A stretch of 64,000 nt of DNA, taken from Takakia lepidozioides. Taxonomy: Eukaryota > Plantae > Bryophyta. Location: the NCBI GenBank assembly GCA_030704615.1, contig CM060734.1, positions 24,862,001 through 24,926,000 on the forward strand, read 5' to 3'. Below the pieces are notes generated by a model. That model did no database searches. It was not told the origin of the DNA and saw nothing but the letters and a program-made list of their open reading frames with translations. Each line of letters starts with the position of its first letter. Position 1 is the first letter of the stretch. The position numbers and the translations under genes were made by a program. Shown here piece by piece: positions 12,874-21,784 of the stretch.

Positions 12874-13873
12874 TGTTAGAGGACTGTAGGGACTTAGACA
12901 CTTATACGGGATCTGTAGGGTACCCTTAATTTTTGCACAGACTGAGGACAGGAACCTTAGGGTGACAGCAGCGCACTGTAGAGGGGGGTTACATAGCCCA
13001 CACAGCCGACACAGCCGTCACAGCCCACACAGCCACACAGCCCGTCACAGCCCACACAGCCAACACAGCCCGTTACAGACGTTCACAGTCGTCACAGCAG
13101 ACACAGCCCACACAGCCAACACAGCCCGTCACAGCCCACACAGCCCACACATCACAGCCCACACAGCCCACACAGCCCACAGTCGTGCATTGTCACAGCC
13201 CGGCACAGCCACACAGCCAGTCACAGCCCGACACAGCCAAACACAGCCAGTCACCGCTTGACACAGCTGTCACGATAATAGGGAACGAAGAGTAGGACAG
13301 GGAACGACTGTGGGAACAACACCAGTGAAAGGAACATGTTAGTTCACATACGACGGTTAGAGAGGGAAACGGTTAGAACCGCGGATAGGAGGATAAAGGA
13401 AGAACGGGAATAGGAAGAAATCATTATTCGGGGAGGACTTCGGAGACAGGCGGGGCGGAGATCGGGAGCACGATGAAGGAGAAAAGAGGATTAGTAGATG
13501 CTTGTCATATGCAAAGCTAGAGTGATATTCCAGATTAGAGACATAATGGCTTCGGCCTGATACCTGATAAATCATAATCTGATACTTATACGATACAATC
13601 ACACTGTGTAGAGAGATCTGAGTGAAGCTGTGGATTGAATGGAGGAGTTAAGGAAACCGATAAATTGATGAAGCAAACTGATACTTAATTATCAATGGAG
13701 GTAGCTAAGATGAATGCGGAAAAGGAAACAAATAGGAAACACCCCCATGATACACTAGCTGTAGGTCATGACTGATTGTTCTGCGCGGGCTGAGTACTTA
13801 GAGATTTCCAACTCTTCTATCTTGGAGTTTCCGCCTCGGATAGCGAAGGGATGGGTGAGTAAAAGCCGCGACA
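12874..13873. mobile_element. Solo LTR (1000 bp) inserted in the ParB exon
   Basis: Termini TGTTA...CGACA. 5-bp TSD GAGGC at 12869-12873 and 13874-13878. The ParB-like reading resumes on the far side. Contains a (CACAGCC)n-type microsatellite at ~12990-13270. Confidence 0.9.
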
Positions 13874-15925
13874 GAGGCCCAGCTCGAACTCCTCATTGGC
13901 ATCTTTCCAGCACTCATCCCAGTTATCACTGATCTCTGGAGACACTAATGTGCTTTTCCCATTTATATCCGTCAGTGACACATAAAAAACTTGTGCACCA
14001 AGTTGTATCCATGCACAAAATCACTCTCCAATTTTGTTATGTCATGGGAAAGAGGTGGACGCACAACAGGCATAGATATCATCCGGCACAGAGGGGTGTC
14101 AGACGCCCTCCAGATACGAGCATGTCCCTTATAACCTCCTGAGAGTTTACCTTCTCGAATGACATGAGTTCTTTCACCTTGTCAAGGTAGTGCACTTCAG
14201 ATTCATCTGCTTCATCTGTATTCTCTGAGCTTTTTCCAGACTCGTCCCCATCTCAGATCCTTTCCCCTCTGATCCTGTAGGCTTGGACCTCACAGTTTTC
14301 TTCACGATGCCATTCAAATCTGACTGAGTAATTTGCAAATAGTGAACGGCGGTAACGACCATCACTCTGTCTCAAGAAACTCACAATGAATGGTGTGAAA
14401 CAAATTCAGAACCATCTACACAAGCAAAGCTGATCCTGCCGAATTCAAAACAAAAGCGAGAGCGATAGCGAACGGCGTTAACGACAATCACAAAAGATAA
14501 GGACCTGCCGGATCGGTGTTGTGTAATGACATATATGTGTAAGTGATTGGCGGCAACGACATTCAGTATAGTTTAGGGCGGACAGTAAGTGCAGATTATT
14601 CAGATTGACTCCATTGTGATTACCGTCGCAAGCATTCACGGTTTCCTGTCTATGTCGAGAGTACTTTCCAATCGATACTCTACCTGAATCTACAGTATGG
14701 TCTTCAAATCTTTGATTGGCGGTACCGCCTTTCCACTTCTCTATCTGTTCAACCTCATACAAAGAAAATGCATTGCAATACATTATGACTGAATATGCCG
14801 ACCCTCACTCTCTCTTCAAACACATAGGTAAATAAATCTCATGAGGAGAATCGAATGGCGTTAACGACGCTCGCAATTCAGTAGACTTCAATCACATGTT
14901 CCTGCTAAGAAGGGAAGAGGAAGGACTGCTTGAAAGGCAATCAGACAGACTGTATGATCTGAACAACGGTGAATGACGGTACCGTCAGTCACCCACTCAT
15001 TGTGCGGTAAACCCTTAACAGAGAGTAGAAAGCAAATCACCGTTGTTTCGTGGTGATGGTCGGTAGCGACAATCCTTTCTGGGACATTCCACTCAATCTC
15101 TACGCAGATCTTCAACAATGAAATGTAAGTTAGAGAAAACTTACTGGCGCCTTCTTAGGTTTTGAAATTGGATCCCCTTCTGCAGCTTTTCTCTTCCCTC
15201 TCACATCTGCTGGAATTTCTGTCTGCTCTAGGGTTTCTGGACCTTCTCCCGGTTCAGCGTTCCTCGTACTTCCACCTCCTTCAGTTTCCCTGCGAGTCAT
15301 CTCTGCATCCACAGGCTGGTTTCCAACGCGCACTGTTATCGCCGACTGTGTCACAGCCGCTGCCTCAGTCTCGGTCTGCTCTTGTGAATCAGTCTCCGCG
15401 TTCACCTGCTGCCTTGGCCCTGTGTTCTCCAACAAACGACGCCTCGTCATTTTGCTCTCTTGCTCTGCGTCTCTCTCTAAGGGAAGTAAAATAAAGAGAC
15501 TTTCTTCTCTTTCGTATTGTAGAAGGAACCCTCTCCAGCTTGACTACCACTCTCCCTCTAAGCGCGAAAAAGTAGAAAAACGAAGTGACTCCCGATTTCT
15601 TGCGGGATTGCGTGCGTTGTTGCTTGTCTCTAGAAGCATCGGATTCCCTCTCCCGTACACATACACATTAGTGCAATAGCAATTAGTGTACAGCTGTTCG
15701 TATTCAGTTATCGATGTCTGACGTGTGTCGCCCAAAATAAACGGCGTGTTCTTTATTAGAACGGTTTCAATATTTAAAAATAACAGCGAATCCCAGAAAT
15801 CTTGGCGCACAGTCTTAGACAAATATATGTAAATGAACGAGAGTTTGATGACAAATTTTGGGATATCATACACGGTCATCCTTGTTAGCCAACCCCACGT
15901 TCGTTTCACATTTTGAACTTTCCAG

Positions 15926-18900
15926 GTGCGCATGATCATTGGTAGTAGTATAAAGATACATTTACTTAATCTGCAATCCCACCCTCAGATCCTGTGGCAT
16001 GCTTCCAGGAAGTCGGCTTGTTATTGTGTTTATGATGAGGTTCTGATTAACGGTTTAACAGCTGCCGACATTGCTCCTAGGGATACTCTGACCACTGGGC
16101 CCACAAGAAAAGTAATTAAAATGGACGGCTGCATATCTGGAAGAATAACAGAATATGCACAGTCGTCGTCTGAGCTTCCTCCGCCATATTCTCTGCTCAT
16201 TCTTCAACTGTGTTCTGGAGACATCAGTAAACCGATTTACACTGAAGGTCTGCGATAGCAAGGTATCAACGTACGCGAGGAAGGAAGATGGCGCTTCCTC
16301 TGAAGCGTTCTTCTTCTCTGACGACAAACCACCGTTCTCCCAGGAAGTCTTGACAATGGATTTGCTTGGAACATGTCTTGGCTACCCGTTTTCAGCTTCA
16401 GAATGGCTCCATCTTTTGGAGAAAGAGGTGTACGATTTTGAAGGGAAGTTGTTGAAATACTCTTTCCAAAAACCTTGATGAGACGGCTCATATCAGCCAG
16501 TGGAGAGTGCGCCCTGGTCGATACAGAGTACTTGGAGAGCCTCGGCGAAAGTCCCTTGGGTCATATGTGACGCCCGGACTGTGCTGCGGTCGGTCGAAGA
16601 GAGAGGGAGGTGGTGGTGTGAAAAAAGAACAGACGTCCTCCACTCCAATCGTTGAGCTTTCGGATTCGTCCGATGATGACATAAGTGAAATTCCAAATCC
16701 AGTCCTTCCTACTGTGGTTGGAGAAGCTGATGAAGAAGAGATTTGTAGTGTCATTCCAAAACTACGGGCGATGGGAGGAATGGCTGGATTCAAAAGTGAG
16801 TTGCGAGGAATTGATTGGGAATCTTTGAAGCAGGTGCCTGTGAAGTTCTTGCTAGAGACTTTTGATGGCGATATCCTATTCGAGCTGCCTCCTCCTCCGC
16901 GAGTTGGAGGTGTAACAATCATGATGCATGGAATGGACAAGAAACACGACGGGCACCCGTGGTGCAGAACAAAAACATCCAATATTCAGAATGATGACAA
17001 GCTTGTTTTCAGGAGAACAGTTTGCAATGGACACCTTAGGTGTGATAATTTGAATTGCAGACACTTTCTTCAGTCTGGGGTTCATAATCAAAGCGAATGG
17101 GAGGGTCTGGCGGAAAATCCATTTAAGCCTGGGACTGCCCACCACGGCAAACACTTTCGTCTGCAAATTCTGCAAACTTGTGCCATCCTGCTTGGCGCTC
17201 TGCGGAGCAAGAATGTACTATGTTGTCCACCGTTTGAAAACAATGACAAGAGCTTGTGTGCATTTCGGATTCCATAACCATCCTGTCTCGAAGGGGGATT
17301 ACAGGGAGAGTGTTGAGACAATATCGAGGTTGATTAAACAGGAGTTTGGGAGAAACCCATCCGCAACAACATCTGCAATTGCTCTTGGCGCAAGCAAGTC
17401 CTTCTTGGAAAGCCATATTTTGAGTGGAGGGGATTCTGTGGGGACTAAACTTGACGGTGCAGCATTGGACCTGGTCATGGATCATTTCTCCACTTTGAGT
17501 TCACCTAACATTCGGCATCAGATCAATGCATTAAGAATGGGCTCTGGTATCAGAGGCTACATAGACAACATTTTGGAGTTGAAACGAGTAAGCAAGTACG
17601 ATTACATCCAGGACAATGTATTCCCAGGTCAAGGTGCCATCAAAGTTTTTCTTTTCAAAATGTCGACTGTTGGGGAGGGCAGTGGGGTAGCCTCGTGAAG
17701 CGGATGCAGAAGACTAGGGACTTGTAGAACTGTTTTCTTATGTTTGATCATGTGAAACGAGTGAAGAATTGGACGACAATTGTCATGTCTACGATCTAGT
17801 GTACCAGCGAGTTATGACAATTGCAGTTTGTGACATGCAATCCGAGGATACGGAATCCCAGAAGCTCATGTGGAATTCCCTGATACGTGTCATGGGCTGC
17901 CATCTCCAAATTTCGCAGGTTTCATGGCGGATAGTGCTCAAGCAAATTTCAATGCTGTTCATATTGTCTTCGGATCGGGCGACCCAAAAGTGCCAATGCG
18001 AGGAAGAGAGCGTACATGTCTATTCCATTGGACACAATCTCTGGAAAAACATACAAAGTCGGACATCAAACCAGAGATGCAGACTCAACACCGTAAATTG
18101 TGCAAAGAGTACAAAGATGCTAGAACAATGAAGGAGGCGGACACTTTGTTCCAGACAATTCGTGCCTGGTGGTTCTCTTCTGGAGCTGCATCACTTGAGA
18201 GTATGAGAGCATTGGAAGATTGGCTGGCGTTCTGGCACTTCCGGTATAGACAGTGGGGAGCAGCCATGGCAGTGGTACGAGGTTTATATTTCTTGCTTTA
18301 TTCATACATTTACTTTCCATTTTATTGTCTCCTCACTTTCTTTATGTTGTTTTCTGTTCACTGTTTTGAAGTGTGGTTCTCCACTTTGCAGAACATGTCC
18401 ATTGAGGAAATGGCGGACATGTCATCTTGCAATTTGGCAGAAACTGTGCACAACGCATGATTGCAGCAGTCTGGGAAACGAGGTCGGGATTTGTATGTGG
18501 CAACAACAGATGATTTGATACGTGCCTTATACCGTGATTTCTTGCGAGGTGGGGTTGGTGGCAAGGGTCCGGACAAATGGGAGTTGATGTTGCGTGCTGC
18601 AAACAGATCTGGGGATCCAATCAAGATAGCACGGGCGGTGAGCATGTATGCCCAGGGAACGCCACTTGTTTCTAGAATTCCACATCTTGAAGGGGATGAG
18701 AGATTCGGCTCCTGTAAGAGGAAATTGAACACTCCACCTGGTTTGGATTCCGATTTGCATAGGGCAGACCGTGATAACTTCTCGAAGCCTCGTGTTCCCC
18801 TGCATGACAGCTCTATGTCCGGAACCTCCATTGTGGATGAACCTCCAACACGACGGCAAGCTCCGGCATCAAACAGTGCCACTGAAATGGTGCAGGAGAG

Positions 18901-19762
18901 AAACAACCCCCTTGATGTGCTTGAGTCCACATGCCCCGACCACGTTTGGCACATAGAACGTACAAGTGTAGGGTCTCGTGTGAAATGTACAGCGATCAGG
19001 GCAACTAATTTCGAGAAGTGCACTTCATCTATATCCAGAGGTGGTGCCCGAACTCCTGCTCCGACTTTCACGGGTTTGATGCGTCCATACGGTCAACCAG
19101 AAGCCAAGAACCACAAGTTCTGGTTCTGCGCAGATGATTGTGCCAGATGTGTGCATGGAACTGTGCGTCTTTCCGTAGTGATGAAGCCATCTCCTCCAAC
19201 CGTTTGGCCCGTGAAGGTGGGAACACATCTCAGATTTCAGGAGATTGAAATGCTGGAGGAGGCAGGTTTTTCCCTTGCGAGACAACCCCAACTCCATGCA
19301 TGTGCTACTACTTCTGCGTCCTCCCGGGTCCCCCTGGCAAATCCTGACTTGTGGCCAACCAAACGAGATGGAAAGCTCGTTCGGCGTTTCCCTCCAACCG
19401 CTGAACACTTTGGCAAAGTGGAGTCCGCAAGAATGCTCCAAGCTCGTGTTGGAAGCACCACAGAAGTACCCGATCCAGGATATGGTCGGGTATTCACAAT
19501 CATCACTTCCACATCTGCTGTTCATGACAGGACCTACGACATCACAGTTTCCAATTTCCCCAATTGCACATGTCTTGATTTTGTGAATATGCTATCAACC
19601 AGTTTGGGCAAGAGAGGTAAATTCATACCCTGCAAACATTTTTATTTCATATTTTTTAAGAGGATGGTTTGCGATCCCAAACATGACAACTTCATTCACC
19701 AGGCCACTATGAGTTTCAACGAGGTCGATACTCTATTGCAGCGGGATACAACACATGGGTAG
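15926..19762 (+). pseudogene. MULE (Mutator) transposase: WRKY/GCM1-like Zn domain, DDE core, C-terminal SWIM Zn finger; a few frameshifts and stops
   Basis: DKKHDGHPWCRT...CNGHLRC..C...C..C...C..RMYYV....RACVHFGFHNHP; MFDHVKRV (D1), FMADSAQAN (D2), ERTCLFHW (CxxH), NLAETVH (E, after an intron at ~18275-18392); SWIM YDITVSNFPNCTCLDF...PCKHFYF. Lesions at ~17140, ~17690-17780, ~17895 and 18458 (TGA). Confidence 0.9.
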
Positions 19763-20599
19763 CATCAACTATGCAATGTGGTATATGAACGACCATAATT
19801 TGAAATGTGTAATTCACATCAATTCGTCGGCGGTGCAATGATATGGCCTCCAACTATACGGAGTGAGCTCTGAGTGGCAACTTTTAAAAGCACATTTGTC
19901 ATTGCACCGTTCGAAGTCTACATGTCTTGCTGTCGCTATGCACTACAATCATCTTTTGAAGATGATCCAAACTCTCATTGTTATTTGAGGAGGGATGAAG
20001 GTCTTCCCGTGGCAGCCTCTATGGCGCACACTTTGTGAGGATATTTTCTCGTCCTTGTAATTGTAAAAGTGAAACAAGCATTTGTAATTGCACAATGTTG
20101 GATGCTACAATTGTAGGCCTCATGGTAGTCTTGATTCTATTTAGGCAAGATTCCCTGCATTAATTCCACGGTCATAGGACCATCCTCGGTTATAGGCGGC
20201 GCATGTTAATGCTGACGTGGCAGATGACGGACAGTGCCACGTCATCATTTGTCGCCACATCAGCATGCTAACATGACGCTCACGCCACGTCAGCGTGGGT
20301 GCAGGCTCACGCCACGTCAGCTGGCGTGAGCGTACGCTCACACCACGTCACTCCTGCGGGAGCGTATGCTCACGCCATTGCGTCGTTGTGGAGAGAGTGT
20401 GTGAGTGTGTGTGTGTAGGAAATAGAAGATAGGGTAATTTTCAATGGTAGATTAGTTCTATGATTCTGCAATATGATGTCTATGGAGAAATAAAAGAAGA
20501 CAAAGAAAAGAAGGAAGTTCAATTCAATCTATTTTGTGTGAAGAAATGGAATGATGAAATGTGAATCCGATTCTGAATGTAATGATTGAGTAATTATGA

Positions 20600-20869
20600 T
20601 TGTATGAGATGGTGAGAATGTGCATTATTGGAGGAGATGAGAATTTTGTGCGTGAATTAATTCCTGGGCTACCAAGAGATGTATTGATTATGATATTTAA
20701 GAGTCTATCCTTTAATGATGTAGAATTAGTGCAATTAGAGAGTGTAAGTAAAGCCTGGTACAAGGAGTTATCAGTTCTAAGTAAACATTGTCATCTGCAA
20801 CGTAAGTGGATCCAGATGTGGTGCTGTCCTTTAGATGGATATCCAGAATATATGAAGGCACGGATCTAA
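20600..20869 (+). CDS. F-box-only mini-ORF (copy 1) inside the LTR
   Basis: LIPGLPRDVLIMIFKSL....LVQLESVSKAW matches the F-box consensus LPxE/D..xxIL..L.....l..VSKxW. Open frame, no downstream substrate-binding domain. Confidence 0.55.
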   Translation: MYEMVRMCIIGGDENFVRELIPGLPRDVLIMIFKSLSFNDVELVQLESVSKAWYKELSVLSKHCHLQRKWIQMWCCPLDGYPEYMKARI

Positions 20870-20936
20870 CTTTGGAGTAGGAAGACCTTGATTGAATTAG
20901 ATAGGGGAGATTAATAGAGAAGGAAAGGGAATTTGA

Positions 20937-21245
20937 ATGGAAAAGTCAATTGATGAGGAAGTAAAAGAATTGGTCGAGTTGATTACTAATCTACCAGACA
21001 ATCTGTCGATAGATATCTTTAAGAAGCTTTGTTGCAACGATAAAGAGATACTACAATTACAGTTGGTGAGCAAAGGATGGTATAGGGAATTATCGACCCT
21101 CTATAAAGAAGACTATTGGAGGAAAAATATAGTTGAGCAATGGTATTTAATTTCAGCCGATGGAGTAGAGTTAATAGAGGATGGAGAAAATATTTATGAA
21201 ATTGGAAGAATGATGATCGTGTTAGATGAAGATGACTGGTGGTAA
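20937..21245 (+). CDS. F-box-only mini-ORF (copy 2) inside the LTR
   Basis: ATG-initiated, 102 aa. LITNLPDNLSIDIFKKL....ILQLQLVSKGWYREL; paralogous to copy 1. Confidence 0.6.
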   Translation: MEKSIDEEVKELVELITNLPDNLSIDIFKKLCCNDKEILQLQLVSKGWYRELSTLYKEDYWRKNIVEQWYLISADGVELIEDGENIYEIGRMMIVLDEDDWW

Positions 21246-21386
21246 AAGTCCATCCAAGGAAGGGATAGAGAGAGATAGAATAGTCTAGCATCGTTATTTT
21301 ACAATCGTATAGTAAGCCCTGCGAACGAACCTCGAAACTGATTAATCCTTTTCTTTTGGGATTATAGTTTTTATTCTACATCTTTT

Positions 21387-21401
21387 TGGCGCCGCTGCCG
21401 G
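21387..21401 (+). promoter_or_regulatory. Retrotransposon primer-binding site (Athila-type, tRNA-Asp-like)
   Basis: TGGCGCCGCTGCCGG begins a few nt after the LTR end CTACA; one mismatch to the TGGCGCCGTTGCCGG PBS typical of Athila-type elements. Confidence 0.65.
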
Positions 21402-21784
21402 TTTAAGACGATGCGGTTTGCGATAATGATGCTTTAATAAACTTTCAAGATATTTTCTTTTTAAGGTTGTTGAAGGAAGACAAGATGACAGGGGAAGTCA
21501 TTCATAACAGTAAGGTTCCACCACCTGGTTTAAAATTATGTCCTTTTTGCAATCCACGGAATCAGCAAAAAAAGGCAGAAATTCCGGAATGTTTTTGGAG
21601 TCAGAGGAAGAAGGCCCCGGTTATCAGCGTCAGGTTACGTCAGACCTGACGCTGACGGGACCTTCGTCACATCAGGTTCGGGGAATATTCTGGTAAAAAT
21701 AGTACCAGGTAAAATACTGTCACTTAAGCAACCACGTTGCCGACACGGTGACGGTTGCAAATACATTTTGAAAATTAACAAAAT

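Larger units (their letters stand above)
8695..15450 (-). pseudogene. Spliced gene: ParB/Sulfiredoxin-like domain, helical middle region, and beta-class DNA amino-methyltransferase (N6_N4_Mtase-like) domain; disrupted
   Basis: About 9 exons, mostly with GT-AG borders (e.g. donors after 15145, 12670, 12385, 11865, 11550, 8984; acceptors at 12576, 10575, 8888). ParB part: PLCRMISMPVVRPPL...VFYVS...MFYVWDGNHRLLAW (DGNHR at ~12802-12816). MTase part: ADIVILDIPDG (9734-9745), ..FLSDVGTLLLF, PWRGAKEKIPAFMQILLESCS...VVDLSVSTG|ATYHACKAGGRSLFGMEGDSDLY. Broken by a solo LTR, stops and frameshifts. Confidence 0.75.
7657..20388. mobile_element. Full-length 12.7-kb Mutator-like DNA transposon carrying a transposase (+) and a ParB-methyltransferase cargo gene (-)
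   Basis: 9-bp TSD TGGAGAGAG at 7648-7656 and 20389-20397. Termini CAGGGATGCCTCGGCGTGAGC vs reverse complement CAACGACGCAATGGCGTGAGC (15/21, in register). Subterminal CGTGAGC/GCTCACGCCACGTCA repeats at both ends. Internal MULE transposase. Confidence 0.85.
7002..21380 (+). mobile_element. ~1.64-kb Ty3/Gypsy (Athila-like PBS) LTR, split in two (7002-7656 and 20398-21380) by the MULE insertion
   Basis: Starts TGTAGAATAA (7002) and ends TTATTCTACA (21380), a perfect 10-bp inverted terminal repeat. It is followed by TGGCGCCGCTGCCGG. Removing 7657-20397 restores continuous sequence (...GGGTGGAGAGAG|TGTGTGAG...). Confidence 0.7.

Noticed and set aside
12962-13261. His/Thr/Ala-rich ORF
   Set aside because: Translation of a CACAGCC microsatellite within the solo LTR.
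20112-21380. Alternative LTR starting TGTAG at 20112
   Set aside because: Only a 5-bp match to the LTR end, against 10 bp at 7002, and it would straddle the TSD-defined MULE end at 20388.
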